A stretch of DNA of 64,000 nucleotides from Azolla caroliniana (lineage: Eukaryota > Plantae > Polypodiophyta). The notes beneath the pieces were generated by a model that saw only the letters and a list, made by a program, of their open reading frames with translations, was not told the DNA's origin and made no database searches. The DNA is taken from the NCBI GenBank assembly GCA_043228905.1, contig JBHGNT010000022.1, positions 7,936,001 through 8,000,000 on the forward strand, written 5' to 3'. Every line of letters begins with the position of its first letter. The first letter of the stretch is position 1. This document shows, in pieces, positions 1-11,774 of this stretch. A program made the position numbers and the translations under genes.

Positions 1-3000
1 CCTACAGCAGGTCACCACAAGGTCGAAGGGCAAGGCGACGGAATGGGAGACACAAGAGGCCATCCGAAAACAGGCAACAGAATGGGTGAAAAAGGCAAAT
101 GAGCGAAACGTAGCAGAACTTGCGCAGCAAAAGGAGAACATCGAAGAGCTCGCCGGCGGCAATCAGTTCGAAAACGCGACATGGCAAGCATTGCAGGAAT
201 GCCAGATCATGTTGCCGTTAGGACGACTCTTGCAGCTAGTACCAAGATTCACAGAAGGACTCAAGCCCGGCATGACGACAGGCGGCACACCACCGGCTCT
301 GGCATTCTTCTCAAATCCGGAGGAGGGACCGGTGGTGGTGGACACCAACAGTCCGGCAATTACGACCATTGTGAAAGGGAAAGAACTCCCTGGCACGATA
401 ATAGACGGAGGCTCCGGCGTTAATGTAATAAGCCTCCAGACGTACGATGCTCTTGGAATCCAAGAGTGGGAGCCATGTCCGTTCTGGCTCCGAATGGCGG
501 ACACAAGCTCGGTGCAACCGACAGGATTAATACGGGACTTAGAAGTAACCATCAGCCATAGTTCTCCAGTTGCAAGCTCAAGGAGCATCCCCATTATTGT
601 TGGGACGCCCTTGGTTAAAGACGGCACACATCAAGCAGAACTGGAGGAGGAATATGATTACGTTTCGGCGGGGAAAAGCGAAGGTACAGGTACCAACACA
701 ACCAAGGAAGGGTACCGGCAAGGATCTGACACCGTTATATGCGGAGTGCATCAGTATGATGGAAGGATTAGCAGACGAAGAAGAAGATCAGTACTTGCTG
801 GAGAACCCGAAGATTGTACCCCTATTCGAAATTGACGTCGCTGAAGCGGTATCACCCTACTTACTACAACCGGACGGAACCGAAGCAGAACCAGATAAAG
901 AAGCAATCCGGGAGTTACGGCAAGCGCAAGAGGCGTTGGAAAGGGAAATGGCCATATCACAGCGCGTAAAAGCGTCTCAATTAGAAGAGGTAAATCTAGG
1001 AACGGCGGAGGAGGCAAAACCGGTGCACATCGCCAAAGAAATGAATGCAGAGAACAAAACGGCGATAATTACACTCCTCAACGAGTTTCGTGACGTATTT
1101 GCCTGGTCTTATGAGGATATGAGAGGGCTGGATCCTCAGTTGTATCAGCACCAGATACATCTGAGCAAAGACACCAAGCCGGTAGCAAAGCGTCGGTACC
1201 GAATGAACCCAAACTACGCCGCCAAAGTCAAGGAGGAAATCGACAAATTGTTGAGGGTTGGCTTCATCCGTCCCGTAAAGAAATCTACATGGTTGAGCCC
1301 GATCGTAGTCGTACCGAAGAAGAACGGCAAAATTAGAGTTTGTGTCGATTACCGGAAGCTCAATGCGGCAACGGTAACGGATGCATTTCCACTTCCGTTT
1401 ATGGATGGAGTTTTGGATGCCGTCGCCGGCCATGAAGTCTACAGTTTCTTCGACGGATTCAGCGGGTATAATCAGATCCGGATGCACCTTGATGATCAAG
1501 AGAAAACGGCTTTCGTCATCGAATGGGGAGTGTTTGTTGCCGTGGTGATGATGTTCGGACTGAAAACGGCACCGGCAACATTCCAACGGATCATCATGGA
1601 GATCTTTGGCGAATACATACTAGCTTTTATGCAGGTGTTCCTTGACGACTTCGCCGTCTATAGCTGAGAAGAAGATCATTTGCATTACCTCAGACTATGT
1701 CTAGAGAAGTGTAGGGCGTACCAGCTAAGCCTGAATCCGACGAAGTGTGTATTTGGAGTGTCCAGCGGAACGCTACTAGGGCATATTGTGAGCAAGGAAG
1801 GCATTGCCATAGATCCAGACAAAGTAAAAGCAATCCTGGAGGCACCGGCACCAACAACGGCAAAGGCATTGAGCCGTTTCTTAGGACAAATCCGTTGGCA
1901 TAGCCGAATGCTCCGGTATTTGGCGGACCTAGCTACACCACTGCATGCTGCAGTACACCGAACACCGTTCTAGTGGACCGACACCAAAGATAAGGCGTAT
2001 TGGGCACTCAAGGTTCTATTGTCGCAAGCGCCGGTAGTGCAACCCCCGGATTGGGCGAAGGAATTTCATGTGTTCGTGGATGCGTCCGACATTGCAATCA
2101 GGAGTGCGCTGATGCAACTTACGGAGCCAAGATGGTACCAGCCTGTATATTACGCAAGCCGGAAGTTATCCCAAGCCGCACGAAATTACTCCACCACGGA
2201 AAGGGAAGCTTCAGGCATGATCTACAGCGTAACAAAATTCAAGCACTATTTATTGGGGAGAAAGTTTTCCTTCCATGTAGATCATTCGGCACTTCTCTAC
2301 CTAGTATCCAAAGCGTCACTTATTGGTAAGTTGGCCCAGTGGACTTTGTTGTTGCAGGAGTTCGAGTTCGAAATATTCCACCAACCCAGCATACAGCATG
2401 TGGTAGCAGATTATCTAAGCCGGTTAGATTCCGGCGAAACGGGTGACGGAGTACCAGACGAGTTTCCGGATGCAGAGCTTTTTCGAGTCACCACGGAAAC
2501 GGCAACAGATGAAACGGTGGAAAAGAAGATAAGTGGCTAACTAATATGCACCAGTTTTTGAGTACCGGATTGCTTTCGAAGGAGATGAACCGGGACGAGA
2601 GGAAGCGCTTGACGGTACAAAGCCGACACTTCTATTTATTACAGGACACGCTATACCACAAAGGTGCGGATGGTATCTGGAGACGAGCGATGCGCAACGA
2701 TGAGAAGGAGGTAATATTACGGGAGGCACACTGCGGAGTCGTCGGAGGTCATTATGTCGGGGATGCGACAGCAAGGAAGATATGGCAAAGTGGCCTATGG
2801 TGGCCGACTACATTGAAAGACGCAGTCTGGTATGCGAAAGAGTGTGATCTATGCCAGCGAATGGGCCAGCCAACGGAACAAGCTAGGATGTTGCACCAGC
2901 CAGTACTACCACTAGAACCATTTCAGAAATGGGGACTGGATTTTGTCGGTCTGTTTAAACCATCGACAATGAGAACTGGCAACCGGTATGTGATTGTCGC

Positions 3001-4000
3001 GACGGACTACTGCACTAAATGGGTGGAAGCCAAAGCCTTAAGAGATAACACCGCGGCGTCGACGGCAAAATTCTTATATGAATGCATTTGGTGCCGGTAC
3101 GGATGCCCCGTAGAGCTGATAAGCGACCAAGGAGGGCACTTTCTTGGATAGGTAGTGGAGAGCTTGACGTCATTCTATGCGGTAGTACATAAACGGAGCA
3201 CCCCGTACTACCCACAAGCCAACGGATTAGCAGAGTCAACAAACAAAACGCTACAAAATATCCTGCGCAAGATCGTCAATGAAAATCGGACAGATTGGGA
3301 CACGAAGCTGCACAGTGCGCTCTGGGCTTACCGGACAGCGTACAAAACAAGCATCCGAACAACGTTGTTCTGGTTAGCATTCGGATTAGAGGCAGTCATG
3401 CCGGTCGAATTCCAAGTACCGAGCTTATGGATTCAGATTCGGGAACGACTCAATGAAAAGGAATCAGAGGCAATTCGGTTATAGGCTCTGTGTGAACTAG
3501 AAGAACACCAACTGGCGAGCATCATGCACCTGGAATTGGAACAATGGCGACGGAAAGCGTTTGTAGATTGGCACCGGAAGGGAAACAAGAAAATGTTCGA
3601 AATCGGCAAGCCGGTACTAGTGTTCCAGACCCGGATGGGTAAAATACCAGGCAAACTATGGTTTAGATGGACCGGACCGTACTGGATCACACGCAAGTTC
3701 AATGGATCCTACCAGTTAGGGGCACTTGCTGGCGAAGTGTAGGGTAAATGGGTCAACGGATTTAGACTAAAACCATACAAAGGACCTATGCCCAAGAACC
3801 CATTTGAACGAAGGGTCGCCACCGAATCAGACGCCGGCAAGCCAACCACGACGGCAACCCGTGAGGAAAACGGCTACCACCAAGCCGGTAAGGGGGAGCA
3901 CAAGCCGGCAACCGAGGAAAGCATAACGACGGCAAACCGTCAAGAGATCGGCAAGGTGCGCGATTTGGGTAAGGGTCCGACAGGACCAGAGAAAAATTAA
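1..4000 (+). pseudogene. Degenerate gag-pol (PR-RT-RH-INT)
   Basis: ORFs 86-835, 570-1667, 1680-1973, 2019-2540, 2546-3151, 3155-3484 and 3524-3742 are consecutive pol pieces split by stops and frameshifts. Confidence 0.92.
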
Positions 4001-4429
4001 CCACACAATTAACTTTCAAAAGAAAATAATAATAATAAAATAAAAAATAAAAAATAAAAATCAAATGGAATCAAATAAATCATGAAAAGGAGTGATGGAA
4101 ACGGCCATGCAAACGAGGAGTAAAGAGGCACGCCGAAAAGGTACGAGGGGCTATGAATAGGACATTAAACCACCGCCACATGGCACGCAATGCTATTATA
4201 GTACACGACCTGCACATGCGGAGGCTCAAAAAAGGCGCCAAGATGCAGAGAGAAAAACCCCCATGCATCGAGACCTTCTCCTATTGCGAACCAAGGAGAA
4301 CAGACGCAGACACACGCATGAAGATCAATCGCAGAGAGCTCGCACACAGAGAACCCCCTCCCTCAGAACTTTCTCTCACACTCTCCCCACCACCAAACCT
4401 CGCCAACGCTCTCCGACCTCGACGCAGAG

Positions 4430-7036
4430 ATGGACTGCCAAATGTTGTTTGAAGCCGCCAAGAAATGGTTACGGCAGCACGGACTGGAGGGTTTCTTAAC
4501 GATCATGGAGGCGGCGCCACACAAGGAGGCCGAAAAGATTATCAAAGAAATCGACACAGAGGTGATCACGGAGGAGGCGATCCGTGCGTTAATAGGCCTT
4601 CCGGAGGGAGGCATCTACACGATCGACAATCCTACCTCCGAGAAACTCATCAAATATTTCGGTGAGTACTCTCTCCCCAGCAAGGGCTACAGGACACAGG
4701 GTGGCGAAGATATGCTATTCCGCGAAATTGCCCATGTGCTCCATGAGTTCGGCCACGTGTACCCTCGACCCCCCGTCATGCCTCAGAACCGAGCAGGCTT
4801 GATCATCGCAACGTACGAAGGGGTCAAGGTGGATTGGCCGGTGTTGATCGCCGACGGGCTGTGTACGGAGATTGATATAGTAAGAGGAAAGGACGGCAAG
4901 GAAGGCCGGAAAATATGGCATGCGGTGACGCAATGGCTCACCCTATTGGCGCCACCGGTCGAGCCCGTCCAAACCAAGAAGCGGGGAAGAGCAACAAACG
5001 GCACCCCGAAACCTGCTTCGAAATGGCAACAATTGTTGGCCTCCAAGGCTAGTAAGGGGAAGATGGCCAACCTAGAGAAGGCGGCAAAGGAGCGCGCCAG
5101 TCGGAAGCGGCCGACGGACACACATGAGGAGACACCGACACGGCCCTGAAGAGCCCATTCCACCGACTGGTGGAGCAAGAAACGGACACCCTGGCGGCAA
5201 GAATGAATGTCGGGACTCAGGCGGAGGAAATGGAGGAAGAACCCACGGAGCACCTCCAGCGGCGGCCGGTGAAGAGCACCGTTGAATCAGCCGGGAAGCG
5301 TTTGGACCTACAGAAGGATGGAACGCCCGCAACTCACACTGAGCATCTCACGTCAAGGGAGGCACCGGAACTGGTTCGGATGGAACCAGTCACAGAAGTC
5401 CCTGAGCAACAGGCAGCACCGGCAAGCCCCGTAACTCAAGAGCCGAATATACAAAGGCCAACCTTCCCAGTCGGCCAAGAACAAGCAGACAAGGGGCGGC
5501 TAGCCGAAACACACTTAGAGCTGGAACGGCAAAGTGGTCAGCTGGCAGAACCAGAAGTGCAGCTCGACGCAGTAAGGCGGGACCAGCCACCGGCGAGTGA
5601 ACCCATCAACCAACCCTCCGTGCAAGCGCAACAACAGTGCACCAGCAGCCAATGGCTCCGGTGGATAGGAGAACAAATTGCCAGAGTAGTCAGATGCATA
5701 GAGGCGGAGGAAAGAGCGCAAACGAAACGGTTTCTCGTCACAACCGATGAACTGGAGACGGCCCGGTCAAGGATCCGGTGCCTCGAACAAGACTTGGATC
5801 GGATTACCGAAGACATGGCTAAAATGGCCTTAACCGCAATGCAGATCCAAGCACCAGTGACTCCGGTTTATGTACAGAGGAATAAGACCCCAGAGACACA
5901 AACTGTCCCGGAGAAAGATGCGGTGCAAGCCCAAGAGCTTGCGGAATTACGAGATGAACTTGCCGCACATGAAGCATTACGGAGCCGCGAACGCGACTTG
6001 AAGAAGGCGGCCGAAGAAGAATTAAAAAAGACTGCTGAGAACCTCCGCCGGGCAAAGGAAAACTTGCGTAAAGGACATCATGTGTACGACCGGCTAAAAG
6101 AGGAAAAAGAGAAATTGCTATAGGAAAAAGACAAGCTATGACGGAAATCGAGAGGCTGAAGGAGGAACTTCGTCAACAGAAGGACCGAGAGGACCACGCG
6201 CGTCGGTAGATCAACCAGAGGCTGAAGTAGAAGACCGATGATTTTGATCATCTGCATCGGGACTACAAGCAGCTGGAGACGGAGTATAAGCAACAACAGG
6301 AATAGATAGCCGAGCTCCGACAAGAAGTTGATAGGGCCACAACGGCACTCGCTGAAAGCAATTGAAAGAGGAGCGACAAGCCGAAAATAAATCACGGATG
6401 GGAGCCGAACGGATCCAATGCATCCTCTAGTCATGGCTCACTAAGACCAAACGCTTGATTGACAACAGCTCTGTGCGTTGGTGGACGAAATGGGCGCAGA
6501 ATACGACGGAACTCCAATTGCTCAGGGCGGACGTGGAAAACCGGCGGAAGGAGGGTGATGACTGTTATACGCTAACATCGGAGGACTTCACCGCCATAAG
6601 GGATGAGCTGGCTAAAGATTTCATAGCCCTGGCGGATGAACAATTGGTGCAGGTCTGGTAGCTCGTAGCTCAACTGGACGACAATCGGCTGGAGGCTCAA
6701 ATCCAGTTTGAGAGCTATGAGCGGTCCCGACTTCGGGAAGAAAAAGCGAGAAAGGCGACAACGGTCAACCTTAGTGATGAGGAACCGTCGTCGGTACTAG
6801 GACCAGACGGGAACCAGGCCGGAGTCAATCAACTAGAGACAACTCCGACGGAGGAACCAACGAAGGAAACGCCGGTGCCAAAGCATCAAACGGAGCTGCA
6901 GCCCCAAACGGAGAAGGCACAAACGGAGTAGCCATAGCCACAAACAGAACAGCAGCCACTGCAGCAACAGCAGATTCCCGACGAGCCATTGGAAATTTTG
7001 GAGCAAAGCATTCTGGACATTTTGGACGAAGCGTAA
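4430..7036 (+). pseudogene. Extra ORF downstream of integrase (globular N-terminus, long coiled coil), broken by stops and frameshifts
   Basis: ORFs 4430-5149, 5170-6123 and 6455-6661 on the pol strand; E/K/R/Q-rich heptad-like stretch; separated from INT by an A-rich spacer. Confidence 0.7.
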
Positions 7037-7104
7037 AAGGGCCAGATAATGGGTTCGACGTGACGGGAACCCAACGTTCCTTATGCGCGACGCTCGGCCA
7101 CAAC

Positions 7105-7478
7105 TGAGCTTAGAATGATACACAAAAAACGGGAAATAACGACAAGAAGAAGAGAATACACAGAAGGTTTACGTTGAAAACCCCAAACTAGGGGAAAAAC
7201 CACGGCAGCCCACAGGCTGCAAACTGTCACTATGTAAGAATGTACAACAGTGAGTTCACTGAGGCAACAACCTCGTGCTCACAGATCTTCGCCACAGGTG
7301 GCGGTTACAATAGAGGCAACGACCTCTTTCTCTCTCTCTCTGTACAGTTACACACACTCTCTATTCTTGCACCAACAAGAATGACCACTCCAACAACACT
7401 CTAAAAGTTTGCCCTAAGTCATATTTATACTAATATGACTTTTCGGCTATTTACAAATATAGCCTCCATGGACTCTCA
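7105..7478 (-). mobile_element. LTR-like segment in minus polarity (probable solo or partial LTR)
   Basis: TGAG...CTCA ends; minus-strand TATA (tatttatac, ~7422); gaaaacccc...aaaaaccacgg motif resembling reverse-read plant LTR ends; no TSD or partner LTR seen. Confidence 0.4.
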
Positions 7479-7500
7479 GAAACATATTTATGAATATGTC

Positions 7501-7675
7501 TCTTCATCCGGTTCATACTGGGTCTGCACCATCCGGCTCTCCGTAGCCGGGTACTCTTCATCCGGTTCATACCGGGTCTGCACCATCTGGCTCTCCGTAG
7601 CCGGGTACTCCACATCTGGTTCATACCGGGTCTGCACCATCTGGCTCTCCGTAGCCGGGTACTCCTCTTCCGGTT
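7501..7675. repeat. 54-bp tandem repeat, about 3 copies
   Basis: Unit tcttcatccggttcatac(t/c)gggtctgcaccatc(c/t)ggctctccgtagccgggtac; minus frame gives an 18-aa repeat EEYPATESQMVQTRYEPD. Confidence 0.92.
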
Positions 7676-7777
7676 CCGGCCTCGGCCTTTCGGCCTCGGC
7701 CGAGATCATTCGACGGCACTGTTCTTCTCCCTTCCCATCCGGAGGGACCTGTCTCCCAACACGACGTACAAGGTACT

Positions 7778-7794
7778 GTCCCACGGGCGTGCCA
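7778..7794 (-). promoter_or_regulatory. tRNA-Arg-type primer-binding site of a truncated minus-strand gypsy (Tat-like) element
   Basis: Minus strand reads ...taaca-ca-TGGCACGCCCGTGGGAC, matching the complement of the plant tRNA-Arg(UCU) 3' end with a 1-nt gap, next to an LTR-like edge at 7797. Confidence 0.6.
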
Positions 7795-7869
7795 TGTGTT
7801 ACCGACCGGCAAGAAGGCTTAAGGAGGTCCAAACCAGAGTGTGAAATGAATAGTTTATTCGGGAACTGT

Positions 7870-8641
7870 TGTAATTAGTAGTCTTAAAATATATAGTAAT
7901 ATATGAGAAGATGTGGACGGACGGACCGGAATCGGTATGATGATCCGGATCCGGACCGATCCCGAAAAGGTGCCGGTTGGCACCGTTTTGTATTTCGCAC
8001 CGCAGACCTATATAAAGGCCCAATTACAATGTAATCGAGAGCGGATAATTAATAGAACTTATTGTTTTAATATTTCAGCATTGATTATCGTTCTGTACTC
8101 ATTGTTATATCTTACGCGTGTTCATGATGTCTTGCTAAGTAATCGATTAAGGTCTAATTAAGCGTTGTGTCGTAAGTCATCTTGTCGTAACACCCTTTGG
8201 TGAAGTGTTTTGAGTGGACACCCTGTGTTAGGCTGTTGTCCAGCCCTAGGATTAACATATCCCTCTCTTTCTCTTTCTCACTCCACCTTTGATCCTCTGT
8301 TTCCCCGAGTTATTCTTGTTGTGTTCTTTCTGTGCTTGATTTTTATTGCTATTTCCCTACTATATTTGAACTCTGTATATGCAGAGATTTTTGTTTCCCC
8401 TCTACGCTCGTTGTTCTTGTTGTTGATGTGCTTTCGCTGAGCTCTGTGTATGCTCATTTGTCTCCTCTTCACGACCTCGTCAACAACCTCTTGCATATAG
8501 GTGATTTCCTCGGCTTGGTGTGATCCCAAGGTGAAGAAATCAACACGGTGTGGTACCTCTGCCTTAACCTTGGCTCCATCTACCTTTGACCCATCGTTCC
8601 ATCTGCAACTTGTACGACCTCCAGGTATTCTCTGTGCTACA
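7870..8641 (+). mobile_element. Probable solo LTR
   Basis: TGTA...TACA ends, cctatataaag TATA near 8007, T/C-rich 3' half; no TSD recognised. Confidence 0.4.
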
Positions 8642-9216
8642 TTTACGGTTTAGGGTTTGATTATTCATATTCTCTATGCTACATGTCCAACTGGTATGTT
8701 TTCGTTTTCTTTGTGTTTCATGTCTGGGTTTTTTTATTAGTACGTGTGTTTGACATGGATGAGGTTTTGTCCGACTTTTTAGGGTTTTTGTGTGTTTGAC
8801 ATGGCTTGTACATGCAACTTAGATTGAGTTGGCTATGATGATTTGCTGGTTGTTGATGGTATTTTGATGAGTTTTCTTCTTGTACACGCATATTCTTTCA
8901 ACAAGAATAATGAAGACTAGGACAATGATGAGAAGGACACCCATAAAGAAGACATTGGTGAAAGAGAAAGTGAAGACACCAGTGAAGGAAAGAAAAAGGA
9001 CACCTATCAAAGAAAGCAAGAAGACAATGAACTCATCACCTCTGAGAAAGAAGATGTGCCACTCCATCATTCGAGACACCTCTCGGATGGTGTTATTTCC
9101 TTCGAGCACGGCCTGAATTTTTTGAAGAGCTGAGAGAGTGGTTGATAAAAACCTGGGGGTCACCACATCCCGATACAAGGCGAGGATTCCACATAAGTGG
9201 CTTGAAGAAGGAATAG

Positions 9217-9935
9217 GTGAACTTATTGAAGACGAGATATGAACATGTTTATGATACTAATCAAATTTGTAACAATGAGGTGGGTACTGTTTTTGCACAT
9301 GCATTTGCATGTGAAGTTCAGGGTGGCATCGACGTAGATTGGGAAGATTTTAATCGTCACCGATTAGAACATTATAGAGGGTCCTCCAGTACCAACACTG
9401 GCTTGAAGTCATCAGGAACCTCTCATGTGGATATTCCGGCTACGACACTTGTCCACCAAGTTAAATTTGCAAAACTACGGGCCACAATGACCGAAAAGCA
9501 TGAACAGATGATGGCCGGTTGCATAGCTTCTATGAGCTCAAGAATACAAACACTACTTGCTGATTTGGAAGCAGTTAAATCAGCTGAGATTCAGGAAGAA
9601 AAGCAATTCTCTTCAATAAAGACTACATATGAATGGATTGCATTGACAATCCAAAATTCAGAAAGTGAGGTGTTGAAAGAGGAGTTGAAGAAAGAGCTGA
9701 ACAATATGGGCACTCAGTTAGGATCACAGATGAGAGACCTTGATACAAGTGCAAAAATGCACATTGCGAACTAGATAATAAGTTGTCAGCTTTAAAGCTG
9801 CATTCTGAGAACCTTGCGTGCTTGATGCAAGATTTAAAACAGAAAGGTTTTGAAACTTTGTGTCCATCTATAATTGAGCACCCAAGTGGTATGGAAAGTA
9901 CCATTACTAGTATAGCTATATCATGGTATTGGATT
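9217..9935 (+). pseudogene. Coiled-coil protein fragment, probably the upstream part of the RING fragment at 24493
   Basis: 185-aa ORF with heptad-like L/E/K stretch; frame continues past the TAG at 9774 (LQDLKQKGFETLCPSIIEHP). Confidence 0.45.
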
Positions 9936-9989
9936 TAAAAGTTATTTATTTTTACTTCTGTGGTATAAATATTGTGGCAGTCAAATAGA

Positions 9990-10061
9990 CCACACCCAAA
10001 TTAGGCCCCTACCAAGCCCCCATAATTAGAAGAGCTAATTGGAGTGGGAGAACACCCTCCA
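9990..10061 (+). repeat. 72-bp direct repeat, copy 1 (copy 2 at 24306-24377)
   Basis: ccacacccaaattaggcccctacc...gagaacaccctcca; one mismatch between copies. Confidence 0.95.
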
Positions 10062-10185
10062 ACATGTGCACATGTGTACTAGGAAAGGGTGTATAGAAAT
10101 AAGAGGGAAAATTTTGTCCCACATTGTAAGGTTCCTCCCTCCTTGGGCTATAAAAGGAAGGGAGGGGTCACTTATGAAGGGTTGC

Positions 10186-10440
10186 CCATTTTGTGTTAGA
10201 GGGTATACCGTTAGATTTAGGGTTAGTTCTTGTACTTCTTCTTCCTCTTCTTCGCGATGTGGGTGGACTGTTGAGGGTTGTTGCTTCTCGGTCTCCTGTG
10301 CAAGACCCTGCTCCATTTTGTGTTAGAGGGTATACCGTTAGATTTAGGGTTAGTTCTTGTACTTCTTCTTCCTCTTCTTCGCGATGTGGGTGGACTGTTG
10401 AGGGTTGTTGCTTCTCGGTCTCCTGTGCAAGACCCCGCTC
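10186..10440. repeat. 127-bp tandem duplication inside the 5' LTR only
   Basis: ccattttgtgttagaggg...gcaagaccc starts at 10186 and 10313; single copy in the 3' LTR. Confidence 0.92.
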
Positions 10441-10653
10441 CGCGTGACGAGCCCGAGAGCTCCCCGAACGGCGGCTTGGCTGCAGACTATTGTTGTAACC
10501 TACCCTAGCTTGGTCCGGCTCGAAGCCGGGGTTGTATTCTTTCCCTTGTAATACTTACATTTGTGTCTGTCTGTGTACATTCGTGTCTCTGTTGGTGTCG
10601 GGTGCTTCCCCTTTCCTGCGTTTCTTGTACATAAGGGCGTGAGTCGGGTCGGC

Positions 10654-10695
<42 letters not shown>

Positions 10696-10844
10696 CGGTG
10701 TCAAGCGCACTCCCTCTTTCTCTCTCTCCCTTCGGTTGCTTCCGGTGTGCTTCAGGGATGCCCCGGAAACGGTGAAGTACAACTTCCCACGCTCCGTCAC
10801 TCCCTAGTCTTTCTCCACGCACGTGCGTAACAACGCGACATCTT

Positions 10845-10861
10845 TGGTGAACCCGACGTGA
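10845..10861 (+). promoter_or_regulatory. Primer-binding site complementary to tRNA-Trp
   Basis: TGGTGAACCCGACGTGA is the complement of the plant tRNA-Trp 3' end (TCACGTCGGGTTCACCA), 4 nt after the LTR end. Confidence 0.85.
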
Positions 10862-10877
10862 AAGGCGGCAAGGGAGG

Positions 10878-11774
10878 ATGGAGTCGGAAGACGACGACCT
10901 CGCGGTGATGGTGGCCGAAGTTGTGTTGGAGTCGGCACGAGTGGTGATGAGGCGAGAAGCAACGCAACAAGCGGTTGAGCGAGTGGTCGAAAGAGTCGGC
11001 CGTTTCAATGGGGACAAAGTCCCATCTTACTTGGGAGCCTACAATGCGGATATGGAGGAGTGTGGTGTAGACGAGGCGTTGAGGCTAGAGTTCTTCTGTC
11101 AGGTCGTAGATGTCCGGATGCATGCGGAAATAAAGGAGCTCTGTGAGGCTCATAGTTCGTGGGAGGCCTTCGAAGAGGCACTCCTGAAGGCATACGGAGG
11201 GCGGCCGAAAGGCCGGGGAAGGCGTGACTTCGACCAATGGATATCGTCGGCAAAGACCCACCGGGGCGCAACGAAGGCGTTCCGAGAGTTTGAGCGACGG
11301 CTTGCTCGGCTTCCGGAGCGGGAACAAGGTTTGGTGGGGGCAGACAAAGTCCTATTGTTCGTCAGGTTGATCGACCGAGCGGAACGGGAGGCCATCGGGA
11401 TTGAGCTCGAAGACGACGACGGAGCAAATGGGCTTACGGAGGACTGGTCGAAGGTCGGAAGGGTGTGCCAACGGCTAGATAACGAGCCAGCCGAGAGGAC
11501 TAAGAGGAAGGGGCGCGATGGCGTGCCATCACAGTGGGAAGAGGCCGAACGGCAAAGAGAGTTGGCAAGGGTCGGCGTTGGGGCCAGGATTGCGGAGGCG
11601 TACGCAGCTCTCAAGGCGATGCTCAAGGAAGAGGAAAGATCGAGGCCGCAAGCCGAGACTGAGGAAACGGACTTGCCCCACGCGATGATGGAAGGTCGGT
11701 ACAATGGTACCACGGGAGAGGGTGCGGAACAAAACGCCCTCTCGACTTGCTGGTGGCTACGGACAAGGGCGTAA
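10878..11774 (+). CDS. Gag-like ORF (N-terminal capsid region), 298 aa
   Basis: ATG just after the PBS; VERVGRFNGDKVPSYL...SWEAFEEAL...DKVLLFV aligns with the gag at 51149-51850 (VERLLQRNGQFDGKDLSHYL...TWEVFDEML...DKVIMFL). Confidence 0.8.
   Translation: MESEDDDLAVMVAEVVLESARVVMRREATQQAVERVVERVGRFNGDKVPSYLGAYNADMEECGVDEALRLEFFCQVVDVRMHAEIKELCEAHSSWEAFEEALLKAYGGRPKGRGRRDFDQWISSAKTHRGATKAFREFERRLARLPEREQGLVGADKVLLFVRLIDRAEREAIGIELEDDDGANGLTEDWSKVGRVCQRLDNEPAERTKRKGRDGVPSQWEEAERQRELARVGVGARIAEAYAALKAMLKEEERSRPQAETEETDLPHAMMEGRYNGTTGEGAEQNALSTCWWLRTRA

Larger units (their letters stand above)
1..7036 (+). mobile_element. Ty3/gypsy LTR retrotransposon, non-chromovirus (Athila/Tat-like), internal region; 5' part lies outside the window
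   Basis: Domain order PR (IIDGGSGVNVI), RT (WLSPIVVVPKKNGKIRVCVDYRKLN, FLDD), RNase H (VFVDASD, NYSTTERE), integrase (H-H-C-C, WGLDFVG, ISDQG, NGLAE), then an extra 3' ORF. Confidence 0.93.
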
